DNA of 64,000 nucleotides from an uncultured Nitrosomonas sp. (GTDB lineage Bacteria; Pseudomonadota; Gammaproteobacteria; Burkholderiales; Nitrosomonadaceae): NCBI GenBank assembly GCA_964464365.1, contig CAYXFV010000003.1, positions 4,477 to 68,476 of the forward strand, read 5' to 3'. Shown piece by piece: positions 1 to 10,093 of this stretch (position 1 is its first letter; each line of letters starts with the position of its first letter). The notes under the pieces were generated by a model. It saw only the letters and a program-made list of their open reading frames with translations, ran no database searches and was not told where the DNA came from. The position numbers and the translations under genes were made by a program.

Positions 1-1
1 A

Positions 2-3000
2 TCGACCTCGATTTCATTAAATAATATTCACCAGGCTGATCCAAGTCAGATTTTAGGTTCCTTAACCGCGAACGGTCAGGTCTATCTGGTCAATCAGAAC
101 GGATTTCTGTTCGGTAAAGATTCGCAAATTAATGTCAACACCCTGGTGGCAACGACCTTGGGAATCAGCGAGGAAACATTCAAACGCGGTATCACCAAAG
201 TTTTCGATATCAGTAATGCGCCTGCGTTACAGGGTAGCGGCGAAATTTATCTGAGGAACGATCAAGGTCAGTTCATTCTCGACCAGAATGGCGAGAAGGT
301 AAAAATTCAGGTTTTTGTTGAATCCGGCGCGCAGATTAAAACCAACGGCGACAGTGGCCGAGTGATTCTCGCCGCGCCCGTTGTGACCAATGCCGGAACA
401 ATCCAGACACCGGGCGGGCAGACTATTCTTGCAGGCGCGCAGGACAAAGTGTATTTGCAGGAAGCGGGTAGTCAATCGGATATCCGTGGATTATTGGTCG
501 AAGTTGAAACCGGGGGTGAAGTTAACAACCTGGGGCAGATTATTGCAGAGCGCGGTAATGCCAGTTTGATCGGTTTTGCTGTCAATCAGAAAGGCGTTGC
601 ATCGGCGACAACATCGGTGCAATTAAACGGCTCTGTCAGACTGATGGCGCGTGAAGGCGTCCGCGACCCCAGCGGCACGGGTGGGATACTGACAGGGAAT
701 ACAACGACGCGTGGCAATGAAAGAGACGATGGCCTGGGCAGGAGCGCTACAGTCACACTGGCTGAAAGCAGCCGGACCAGCGTTGATCTGGATGCTGACA
801 AAACCGCAACGGCCATTGATGCTCAACCGCAACAGTCCTCGAAAATCGAAATCAGCGGCCATCAGGTGCATCTGAAAGAACATTCGGTTATTGAAGCGAA
901 ATCCGGAGTTATCGATGTCAAGGCGCTGGATAATCTGGCGGACTCGACCGTCAAGGGCAACGCGCGTATTCACCTCGAGACCGACAGCAAAATTGATGTA
1001 TCCGGTGTGAAAAATGTGACCTTGCCGATGGAACGTAATGTTGTGCAGGTCGAATTGCGTAAAAATGAATTGCGTGATGCGCCGCTGCAGCGTGATGGTG
1101 TTTTGTTCGCCCAGAAAGTATCGGTGGATTTGCGGGATGCGAATCTGGTCTATGACGCCGATACCGGAGAACTGACCAGTGCTACGATTCCAGTCGCGGA
1201 TATCAAGGGTGCGGTTGACCGGATTGCCCGGAATATCGACGAACGCAGCACCAAAGGTGGCGCCATTAACCTGACATCGAGCGGTGATGTCGTGACTCAG
1301 GCGGGTAGTAAGCTGGATTTTTCAGGCGGTACGGTCGCCTATCAGGATGGATATATTGAGACCACTAAAGTTGTTTCGGGCGGCTTTGTGTCCGATATTT
1401 CGAAAGCCGATCCCAATCGTCCTTATGACGCAATACTCAACCGCTTCACCAAATCGCATCCGAAATGGGGCATTACCGAAAACTGGGAGATTTCCGGGTC
1501 GGCTTTAAAGCATTTTGAACACGGCTATGTCGAAGGCAAAGCGGGTGGAGCGTTGACCATTAACACCTATGAAGCGCTGCTTGACGGCGATTTCGACGGC
1601 ACTACGGTTGATGGCCCCTTGCAGCGGCAGCAGGCGCAGCGTGCCGATGGCAGTGATTTCTCGCTCGATTTGAGCCGGAATAATCTGTTTGGCAAGCAGG
1701 ATATTGTTGTCAGTCAGAACACGAAACCGCCCATCCCGGGGTTGAAGCCAGCCGTGCCGATCCCGCGTGATTCCGGAACATCGGAACCGGTTGCATTGAA
1801 TATCGACGCCGATAATCTGAAAAAATCCGGTGTGCGCAATGTCCGCATCAATACCAACGGTTCGATCACCATCAATGCCGATGTCCAGCTTGAGCTGCCG
1901 GTCAGCGGCCAGTTAACCGTATCAGCCAGTGGCGCCGATATACAAGGCTCGCTGTCAGCGCCGTCGGGTGATATCACTTTCAAGCCGACTATCGTCAATA
2001 GCGAGCAATTATTACCGAATGCCATTACTTTAAGTGAAGAATCCAGAATTGATGTCAGTGGCCTCTGGGTTAACGATCAGCAGAATATCCGGGCTGGCAA
2101 GCCATTTGATCGAGTGTCTGTCGATGGCGGCTCGGTTACGCTGATCAGTGAACAAGGTGATCTCTGGTTAAAGAATAACAGTCTGATCAACGCCAATGGC
2201 GGCGCATGGCTGCAAGTTATCGATGGGACACAGGCCGGTAAAGGTGGTGCAATTCATCTTGAAGCTGCGACTTTTGAGCCAGGCGGCAAATCATCCAGCC
2301 TGCTGCTCGATGGCGATTTATCGGCCTTTGCCCTTAATCAGGGTGGACAACTGCATCTCGCATCCAATGAAATTATCCTTGGCGCGCCCGTCGATGTGCC
2401 GGAACGCATGGCGTCGAATACGCAGCCGTTAGTGCTCAGGCCGGATTTTTTTCAGCACGGCGGTTTCTCCGACTTCAGCTTGACTGCGAATCTTTATGGT
2501 TTGAAGGTCGCCGATAATGTCACTATCCAGCCCTTCCAGAAAAATTTTTATCTGACGACCAATGCCGCCACACAGCCGACGGGCGCCGATCTGGCCGCAT
2601 TCAGCACGGTGGTGACATTGCCGGAAGTCATCCGGCAACCGGCGAATCTCCATTTATCGGTTATGCCGTCGCTGGCGCAGAACCGCCAGGAGCATCTTAA
2701 AATCGGCGCCGGCGCATGGATTAAAACCGATATCGGCGGTTGGGTTGAGATGCGCTCGGCGACTTCGATTCTGATCGAAGGCGGCATTGAAGCACCTGCG
2801 GGAACCATCAGTGTGACGGTTGATTTGCCGCTTCGAGGCGATACAGGGTTTTTCGGCGCGCAGGGGATCTGGCTGGGCGCCAATAGTCATTTGAATGCGC
2901 GCGGTACTTTCAAGGAACAGTTGAATCCTTTCGGTTTGCGCATGGGGGACGTACTGCCCGGTGGGCATATCGATCTCATTGCCAGTCGCGGTTATATCGT

Positions 3001-6000
3001 CAGTTATGCCGGTTCTGTCATTGATGTCAGTGGCGCGAACGAGCGTATCGATTTTCGTGAACCGGCTCAGGGCGGCAGTGCATTTGTGCCGGTCTCGCGC
3101 GATACGCCTTCGTTCGGCGGTCAAGTCAACTTGAAAGCGGGCGAAGGGATGCTGATCGACGGCACCTTCAAAGCGCATGGCGGAACAACGTTCGGCGGCG
3201 GTACGCTGGCGGTGGAAATCAACCGTGGATTGCGTGATAAGCCGGAATTCCCGGTAGGGGGCGGTTTATTTCCGGACGATGTGGCTGCACTGACCAGCAG
3301 ACCGCGCAGCATAGTCATTTCCGCGGCTGATAACAACGTCATTCCTGGCGCATTATCGCTGGGCGGTAATATTGATACCGAAACCTACAACGGCTTGGCT
3401 TTCTTCAATAATCATCAATTAAGTCATTCCGGATTCACTTCCCTGCACCTGCAAACGGATGTGCTGGGTGGCGACGGGCAGTACCACGGCAGTATCCGCT
3501 TTGATGGAGATGTGCTGCTGGCGGCGCATCAGGAAATTATTCTGGATACGCCGAGTATCGTCACTGCCGGTAGCACAATCGGTTTGAATACAACGTATGC
3601 GGCGTTAGGCTCGACACGCAGCCGGATCGACGTGCAATTGTCGCAGGGCTTGTTTGATACCCGCTTGGCGCCCGATGCGATCGGTGGAACGGGGCGCTTT
3701 ACCGTTCAAGCCAAAGGGATCGATCTGGTGGGCGGTTTAAGTTTTCAGGGTTTTGGCCAGGCCAGCTTATTGAGTGAAGGGGATGTCCGCGCGGTTGGTA
3801 CGCAGATCAGGCCGGACACGAAAAACTTCCTGGGTACATTCAAATTGGCAGGCGATCTGGCGATAACCGCTTCCCAGCTGTATACGGCGACATTGACGGA
3901 TTACACATTTGCACTCGGCGGCACGGGTCAGGAAACGCTGCTCATTCAGCAAGGCCCCGGTGTGCAGACACCCGTGCTCTCGGCGGGCGGCAGCTTGACG
4001 ATCAATGCGCCCAACATCAAGCAGCAAGGCACCATCAAGGTGCCATTCGGCAGCGTGAATCTCAATGCAGGCAATTACCTGGAATTAGCGCCGGATAGCT
4101 ATACCTCGGTATCGGGTAATGATTTAACCGTACCGTTTGGCCGTGGCGCAGCGGGTATTAACTGGTTGTATCCCATGACAGCCGATGGGGCAATTAACCG
4201 GCTGATTGCGTCACCGCCGGAAAAAAGACTGGTATTCACAGGTGCGCATGTTGAACTGCAGTCTGGTGCCAGACTTGATTTGTCGGGTGGTGGCGATCTG
4301 TATGCCTACGAATTTATTCCGGGCCCGGGCGGGTCACGCGATATTCTGGATCCGGGTATTGCCGGTTATGTGCCTAAGTTTGCAGTCATGCCCGGTTTCA
4401 ATACCGCGCTGACGCCGATTGATCCGCTGGAATTTTCATCAGCGAATCTGCATGTTGGCGATAGCGTTTATCTGAGTACCGGTTCCGCGCTGGAGGAAGG
4501 TTGGTATACCTTGCTGCCAGCACATTATGCGCTGTTGCCAGGCGCGTATCTGATCACGCCAAGACCGGACATTCCGGATATCACGCCAAGTCAAAGCTTT
4601 ACTGACTTTACCGGCGCAACAATCGTATCTGGTCGTTATGGTACGGCGGCAGCCGGTATTCAACATGCGCGCACGCAAGGTTTTTCGGTCACGCCGGGAA
4701 CGCAGGCGCGGCTTTTCTCTGAATATACCGATTATTCCGCCAATCAGTTTTTTGCCAGCACGGCAGCGCAAAAGGGCATCGTCCGTCCGCAGTTGCCTGA
4801 AGACGCTGGCAGTCTGGCAATTACCACGCGCGAGCATCTGACATTGGCCGCCGATCTGGCGACATTCCCTGCTCAGAACGGACGGGGCGGACAAGTGGAT
4901 ATCAGTGCCGATCGACTGGCAATCGTAGGCCGCCAGGAAGATTTGCTGGCGCTGCTTCCAGGAACAGTTAAATTACTGGCGGATGATCTGAACCGTTTAA
5001 ATGCGCCCAGCCTGTTGCTCGGCGGGGTGCGTGGAAAAGATACCCGAGGCCAGCGGGTAACGGTGACCGCACAAAACTTGAGTATCGACGGCAATAGCCA
5101 CCTGCAGGGCCAGGAAATCATTCTGGCCGCGCGTGATGAGGTGAGAGTGACCTCCGGCGCTTTTATCGAAGGTAAAAATAATGGCAGCGGCACGGCATTG
5201 GATCTGTGGATCGAAAACAGCGGTGCAACGAATAGCGATGGCGCATTGTTGCGGGTTTCTTCGTTCAATCAAGTTGGGTTGATTCGTGACCGGAGTGTGA
5301 CCGGCGGCACGGGTGTTCTGACGATTGAAGAAGGTGCGCGGTTGAAAGCGGATGCTTCAATGTCGCTTGATTCCACCAGAAATACCGTATTTGATGGTCT
5401 GATCGACATGCTGGGCGGCTCACTGGCTTTAAAATCAAGCCGCATCAGCGCCGGTGTCGCACCTGCGGATACGCCGGGGCTGGTGCTTAAGAATATTCCC
5501 GCCAATCTGGACGAACTGAGACTGACCAGCACTTCCGATTTTGATCTGTACGGTGATGTTGTGATCCAGTCGGAACGGCTTGAAATCAATGCTGCACGGA
5601 TCAATGGATTTGATAATAACGGCTTCGGCGCGCAGATCAATGCCGATAGCATTACGTTAAGGAACTCCGGTTTTATTTCCGATCGAACTGGCGCGGGCGC
5701 AGGTGCATTGACACTGAATGCCGGTAATGTATTGCTGGCCGAGGGTGATTATGCCATCTCAGGTTTCAGCACCACCACATTCAACGTGTCGGACGCGATT
5801 AAAGGATTGGGGCTGGTACAGGATGCGCAGACCGGCAACAGCGTTCTGGTAAAACCGGGATCATTACGCATTGCCGGTGATTTTAATTTAAATGCGGCCC
5901 ATATCATGGGCGATGCTGGCTCAACCACGCGGATTGATGCCACCGGTCATCACATCAATTTCGGCAGGCTGGAAGGTGATGCAACAGGAAAGGCCGCTGG

Positions 6001-9000
6001 TTTCGGCGCAGCATGGTCAGTAACGGCGAATTCAATCTCCGGAAATGGATTTTTCGATTTACCCGGCGGCGTTCTCGATTTGCATGCGCTGGCGGGCAAT
6101 ATCGATCTGACCGGCGGAACAATCGATGTTTCCGGTCGTGCTGTACCGTTTGCGGAATTGACCCGTTTTGTCCCTGCGGGGCGTGTTTCAATGTCAGCCG
6201 ATGTTGGCCATATTAATCTGGGCGATACGGCGAGCATTTTGCTGGGATCAGCGGATCCTGGCGATTCGCTTCAACAAACCGGTGGTTCGGGCGCATTGTC
6301 TATTCAGGCGGCGCATGGTCAGTTCAATTGGCAGGGCGATATCGTACAGGGCACCCGTTTCAGATTGGATGTCGATAGCCTGGGACCGAATGGTTTCTCC
6401 GCATTGAATACCAAACTGGCGCAGGCAGGATTTCATCAGGAAATCAGTCTTCGGCAGCGCAATGGCGATGTGTTTATTGCTGCAGACGATGTTGTCAACT
6501 CGCATCAATTCAATCTGGCTGCCGATCAGGGATTAGTCACCGTTGCGGGCCGCATTGATGCCAGCGGCAATCAAGCGGGCACCGTCAATATTTATGGCGC
6601 ACAAGGCATCGCCCTGGCGGGAAGTGGCGCAATTGCCGCTCAGGCTACCGCGAATGGCGCAAAAGGCGGCAGTGTCTTTCTGGATACCGTACATCGGATC
6701 GATGCCGGTAGCGGTTTACTGGATTTGTCGGCGAACGGCGTCATTGATGTTTCCAGTGGCAATGGCGGTACAGGAGGACAAGTCCATTTGCGTACCGGAA
6801 GAGATCAGAGCCATACCATTGCAGCATCAACCATCAATGCGCAGATTAAAGGTGCGGCGCCGGATGCGGTTGTACTCGAAGCGGCCCGGGTATATTCCGG
6901 ACATTCGGTCATTACAGCAACGAATATCCAGGGATGGAAAAACGATACGGCTGCCTTCATGGGAAGCAGACCGGCTGTGGCCAATCTTTCCGGCGCGACA
7001 GTGCAGTTATTGCCGGGTATCGAAATACAAAGCAGCGGCGATTTAACGCTGCAAGACCGCTGGGATTTTATGGACGGCGCATGGAATGAAGCCGCGCAGC
7101 GCTGGGATTCAAACTGGCGCTACCTGGCTGCCGACGGACAAAACCTGCCGGGTTTTCTGACGCTGCGGGCTAACAATAATCTCAACATCAATGCTGCGCT
7201 GACCGATGCGTTTGCATTAACCCCGATTCCCGGTCAGAACATCGAAAACCTCTTCCCGGACATGATACAGCCGGGTCTGTCCTGGAGTTATGGCCTGTAT
7301 GCCGGTGGCGATATCAATCTGACCGCGACCGACAACCGCTCAACACCGTCTCAGGTAACCGTCAGAACGGGTACCGGCAGTATTGACATTAAAGCAGGTA
7401 GCGATTTGCATTTTCTCAGTAGTCCGGACGATGCAAAAGCTTCGGCAGCGATCTATACCGTGGGTACGCCCGCAGCGTATACCCGGGGGCAATTACTGGC
7501 AGGTCATGTTCCTGGTGCGCCTGCCCGTGCGCCGGGAGAGTCGGATGCCGATTATTTGAACCGGTTGGATCCGGCATGGCTGAACAGTGTTTTGCGGTAT
7601 GGTCTTTTCAATGAAACATTGTTAGCGACACAATTCATTCTGGCGGATTACCTGACCCAAGGTGGCGATGTTTCAATTCAAACCGGAGGAGATATCCAGG
7701 GGATCGCAACGGGTCAGAAAATCAGTGACTGGCTTTTCCGCAGCGGTGTCTGGGATGCGAATCACAGGCCGACCGCCTGGGGTATTAATCTGAGCGGTGA
7801 TTCACTGAGCAGCCGTGGCAGCAAAACATTCAATCAGGGTGTGGGTGCGCTGGGTGGCGGTGATGTCCTGATCGAAGCTGGCGGCGATATTCGCAATTTA
7901 TCCGCGATGCTGCCGACTACCGGTAAGCCGCTCGGCATGATCGATACGATCGCCGGCTTCTCGACAACCTGGCAGGCAAATGGCACATGGATTAATGGCG
8001 GCGGGGATTTTTCCATGGTTGCGGGTAATAACATCAGCGGCGGCGAATATTATGTCGGATCAGGTCACGCCAGTATTGTTGCCGGCGGCAGCTTTACAGG
8101 ATTGACGGATTCCGGTGCGGTTATTCATTTAGGCGATGCGGCAGCGGATGTGTACGCGCGTAACGACCTGGTGCTGGCCTCTGTGAGTAATCCCACCATC
8201 CGCAATCAGGATCCATTACCAACAGGCTCCGGCAATTCGGATTCCCGGTTTTTCACTTACAGTGATCAAAGCGGGGTTTCGCTGTCATCGTCGGGCGGCA
8301 GCATTGTGTTGAATAACGCCGCTGAACCGGGCTTCGGCTTTAGCGTATATCCCGGCACGTTACGAACGGTTGCTTATTCGGGCGATATTCGTATGAATAA
8401 TTCGATGACCTTGTTCCCGTCATCGAATGGGCACCTGGAATTACTGGCGCAGCGGAATATCTCTGCGGATAGAAACGCGGCACAGTTTTTCAATATCGGC
8501 ATGTCGAATACCGATATCTCATTGCTGCCAGGTGTTGCCCTGCCCGCACAACAAGTGGAAGGTAACCTGGTCAGCGGTATCATCCGCGCGCGCGAACGAT
8601 TGAATCCGACAACGCCGGACCCGCTGCTTGTCAATGCGCCGGTGCCTTTGCATTTGGGTAACCCTGACAAGCCGGTCATCATCGCTCAATCGGGAGATAT
8701 TGCTTTTGCAACGGACAAAGAAGCAACGTTCTATTTACCTAAAGCGGCCGATTTTATCGCTGGGCGTGACATTAAAAATCTGACGGTTAAAAGTCAGAAT
8801 CTTTCACCCAATGACATTACGCGCGTACAGGCCGGCCGGGATATCGTGTACGACACCATCATCAATAATGATGGAAATATTTTATCCAATATCAGGAAGC
8901 TGGAACTGGGCGGCCCCGGCCAGTTCCAGGTATTGGCGGGAAAAAGCATTAACCTGGGTAGTTCTAACGGGATCCAGACGATTGGTAATTTGTTCAATCG

Positions 9001-10054
9001 CACGCTGAGTGATGACGGTGGTGCCACTATTTCCATCGTGACCGGTTTGGCCGGAAATATGGATCTGACCGGGTTTATCAAGCGCTATGAGGATGCCGAC
9101 GACTATCGAGCATCTCTCGCAGGTCTTGCCGATTTACCGGAATCCGAACAGCGCCAGCATCTGAATATATTGCTGGGCATCTTTTACAACGAAATCAAAG
9201 AATCAGCATCCGCCGCAGCTGCGGCACCCGAATCGGAGCGCAAGGATCTTTACGAACGCGGCTTTGCAGCGATCCGCACCTTGTTTCCCGATGACAGCTA
9301 TGACGGCAATCTCAGTCTGGTATTCAGTCAAATCAAGACACTCGATGGTGGCGACATCAATCTGGCGATTCCCGGCGGTGATGTTGACGTCGGCCTGGCC
9401 GGTCAGCTGGCGGGAATTCGCAAAACACCTGAGCAATTGGGCGTGGTTGTTCAGCAAAAGGGCAATCTGAGTGCGATGGTCAATGACAATCTCAATGTCA
9501 ATCAATCCCGTGTCTTTACGCTGCTCGGCGGCGACATTCTGGTGTGGTCGTCGGAAGGCAGTATCGATGCAGGTAAAGGCGCCAAATCCGCGATTTCCGC
9601 ACCGCCGCCGATCAGCGTGGTGGATGAACGCGGCAATATTGTGACGATTTTCCCGCCGATCGTTTCGGGCAGCGGCATACAGGCAATCGGCGAAGGCAAT
9701 GTGGTATTGGCCGCGCCGGTGGGTGTCGTGGACGCCGGTGAAGCCGGGATCAGCGGCAGTCAAATTGTCATTGCAGCGACGGCGGTTATCGGCGCTTCCA
9801 ATATTCAGGCATCGGGAGGAACGGTGGGTGTGCCAACCAGCGTGGTGGCGCCGACCGGGGTGACCGGTGCGGATAGCGCGGCTGCCAGCGCGGCACAATC
9901 CGCATCCCAATCGGCATCGCGCGGCAGCTCGGGACAGGAACGTGATGATAAGAATGAGCGTAGCAAAGTCAGCATGTTGAATACGGATATCGTGGGTTAC
10001 GGCGATTGCAGTGTGAAAGATGTCAGGGAAGGGAAACAAGGTTGCGGCGAATAA
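2..10054 (+). CDS. Giant filamentous-haemagglutinin-like TpsA exoprotein with C-terminal DUF3739-type domain; 5'-truncated by the window edge
   Basis: The frame is open from base 2 (STSISLNNIHQADPSQILGSLTANGQVYLVNQNGFLFGKDSQINVNTLVATT), which is the TPS/haemagglutination secretion-domain motif (ANGQVYLVNxNG). The ORF-track start at 146 is therefore internal. Gly/Asn-rich beta-helix-like repeats run throughout. The C-terminal NQSRVFTLLGGDILVWSSEGSIDAGKGAK...VVDAGEAGI segment is typical of DUF3739 FHA proteins. Confidence 0.9.
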   Translation, partial: STSISLNNIHQADPSQILGSLTANGQVYLVNQNGFLFGKDSQINVNTLVATTLGISEETFKRGITKVFDISNAPALQGSGEIYLRNDQGQFILDQNGEKVKIQVFVESGAQIKTNGDSGRVILAAPVVTNAGTIQTPGGQTILAGAQDKVYLQEAGSQSDIRGLLVEVETGGEVNNLGQIIAERGNASLIGFAVNQKGVASATTSVQLNGSVRLMAREGVRDPSGTGGILTGNTTTRGNERDDGLGRSATVTLAESSRTSVDLDADKTATAIDAQPQQSSKIEISGHQVHLKEHSVIEAKSGVIDVKALDNLADSTVKGNARIHLETDSKIDVSGVKNVTLPMERNVVQVELRKNELRDAPLQRDGVLFAQKVSVDLRDANLVYDADTGELTSATIPVADIKGAVDRIARNIDERSTKGGAINLTSSGDVVTQAGSKLDFSGGTVAYQDGYIETTKVVSGGFVSDISKADPNRPYDAILNRFTKSHPKWGITENWEISGSALKHFEHGYVEGKAGGALTINTYEALLDGDFDGTTVDGPLQRQQAQRADGSDFSLDLSRNNLFGKQDIVVSQNTKPPIPGLKPAVPIPRDSGTSEPVALNIDADNLKKSGVRNVRINTNGSITINADVQLELPVSGQLTVSASGADIQGSLSAPSGDITFKPTIVNSEQLLPNAITLSEESRIDVSGLWVNDQQNIRAGKPFDRVSVDGGSVTLISEQGDLWLKNNSLINANGGAWLQVIDGTQAGKGGAIHLEAATFEPGGKSSSLLLDGDLSAFALNQGGQLHLASNEIILGAPVDVPERMASNTQPLVLRPDFFQHGGFSDFSLTANLYGLKVADNVTIQPFQKNFYLTTNAATQPTGADLAAFSTVVTLPEVIRQPANLHLSVMPSLAQNRQEHLKIGAGAWIKTDIGGWVEMRSATSILIEGGIEAPAGTISVTVDLPLRGDTGFFGAQGIWLGANSHLNARGTFKEQLNPFGLRMGDVLPGGHIDLIASRGYIVSYAGSVIDVSGANERIDFREPAQGGSAFVPVSRDTPSFGGQVNLKAGEGMLIDGTFKAHGGTTFGGGTLAVEINRGLRDKPEFPVGGGLFPDDVAALTSRPRSIVISAADNNVIPGALSLGGNIDTETYNGLAFFNNHQLSHSGFTSLHLQTDVLGGDGQYHGSIRFDGDVLLAAHQEIILDTPSIVTAGSTIGLNTTYAALGSTRSRIDVQLSQGLFDTRLAPDAIGGTGRFTVQAKGIDLVGGLSFQGFGQASLLSEGDVRAVGTQIRPDTKNFLGTFKLAGDLAITASQLYTATLTDYTFALGGTGQETLLIQQGPGVQTPVLSAGGSLTINAPNIKQQGTIKVPFGSVNLNAGNYLELAPDSYTSVSGNDLTVPFGRGAAGINWLYPMTADGAINRLIASPPEKRLVFTGAHVELQSGARLDLSGGGDLYAYEFIPGPGGSRDILDPGIAGYVPKFAVMPGFNTALTPIDPLEFSSANLHVGDSVYLSTGSALEEGWYTLLPAHYALLPGAYLITPRPDIPDITPSQSFTDFTGATIVSGRYGTAAAGIQHARTQGFSVTPGTQARLFSEYTDYSANQFFASTAAQKGIVRPQLPEDAGSLAITTREHLTLAADLATFPAQNGRGGQVDISADRLAIVGRQEDLLALLPGTVKLLADDLNRLNAPSLLLGGVRGKDTRGQRVTVTAQNLSIDGNSHLQGQEIILAARDEVRVTSGAFIEGKNNGSGTALDLWIENSGATNSDGALLRVSSFNQVGLIRDRSVTGGTGVLTIEEGARLKADASMSLDSTRNTVFDGLIDMLGGSLALKSSRISAGVAPADTPGLVLKNIPANLDELRLTSTSDFDLYGDVVIQSERLEINAARINGFDNNGFGAQINADSITLRNSGFISDRTGAGAGALTLNAGNVLLAEGDYAISGFSTTTFNVSDAIKGLGLVQDAQTGNSVLVKPGSLRIAGDFNLNAAHIMGDAGSTTRIDATGHHINFGRLEGDATGKAAGFGAAWSVTANSISGNGFFDLPGGVLDLHALAGNIDLTGGTIDVSGRAVPFAELTRFVPAGRVSMSADVGHINLGDTASILLGSADPGDSLQQTGGSGALSIQAAHGQFNWQGDIVQGTRFRLDVDSLGPNGFSALNTKLAQAGFHQEISLRQRNGDVFIAADDVVNSHQFNLAADQGLVTVAGRIDASGNQAGTVNIYGAQGIALAGSGAIAAQATANGAKGGSVFLDTVHRIDAGSGLLDLSANGVIDVSSGNGGTGGQVHLRTGRDQSHTIAASTINAQIKGAAPDAVVLEAARVYSGHSVITATNIQGWKNDTAAFMGSRPAVANLSGATVQLLPGIEIQSSGDLTLQDRWDFMDGAWNEAAQRWDSNWRYLAADGQNLPGFLTLRANNNLNINAALTDAFALTPIPGQNIENLFPDMIQPGLSWSYGLYAGGDINLTATDNRSTPSQVTVRTGTGSIDIKAGSDLHFLSSPDDAKASAAIYTVGTPAAYTRGQLLAGHVPGAPARAPGESDADYLNRLDPAWLNSVLRYGLFNETLLATQFILADYLTQGGDVSIQTGGDIQGIATGQKISDWLFRSGVWDANHRPTAWGINLSGDSLSSRGSKTFNQGVGALGGGDVLIEAGGDIRNLSAMLPTTGKPLGMIDTIAGFSTTWQANGTWINGGGDFSMVAGNNISGGEYYVGSGHASIVAGGSFTGLTDSGAVIHLGDAAADVYARNDLVLASVSNPTIRNQDPLPTGSGNSDSRFFTYSDQSGVSLSSSGGSIVLNNAAEPGFGFSVYPGTLRTVAYSGDIRMNNSMTLFPSSNGHLELLAQRNISADRNAAQFFNIGMSNTDISLLPGVALPAQQVEGNLVSGIIRARERLNPTTPDPLLVNAPVPLHLGNPDKPVIIAQSGDIAFATDKEATFYLPKAADFIAGRDIKNLTVKSQNLSPNDITRVQAGRDIVYDTIINNDGNILSNIRKLELGGPGQFQVLAGKSINLGSSNGIQTIGNLFNRTLSDDGGATISIVTGLAGNMDLTGFIKRYEDADDYRASLAGLADLPESEQRQHLNILLGIFYNEIKESASAAAAAPESERKDLYERGFAAIRTLFPDDSYDGNLSLVFSQIKTLDGGDINLAIPGGDVDVGLAGQLAGIRKTPEQLGVVVQQKGNLSAMVNDNLNVNQSRVFTLLGGDILVWSSEGSIDAGKGAKSAISAPPPISVVDERGNIVTIFPPIVSGSGIQAIGEGNVVLAAPVGVVDAGEAGISGSQIVIAATAVIGASNIQASGGTVGVPTSVVAPTGVTGADSAAASAAQSASQSASRGSSGQERDDKNERSKVSMLNTDIVGYGDCSVKDVREGKQGCGE

Positions 10055-10093
10055 GCGCACCGTTTTTATAACGAATAAGGAAGTCATCAGTTA

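Noticed and set aside
9203-10087. 294-aa minus-strand ORF opposite the TpsA C-terminus
   Set aside because: Antisense shadow of a well-supported gene; Arg/His/Cys-rich composition and no family motifs.
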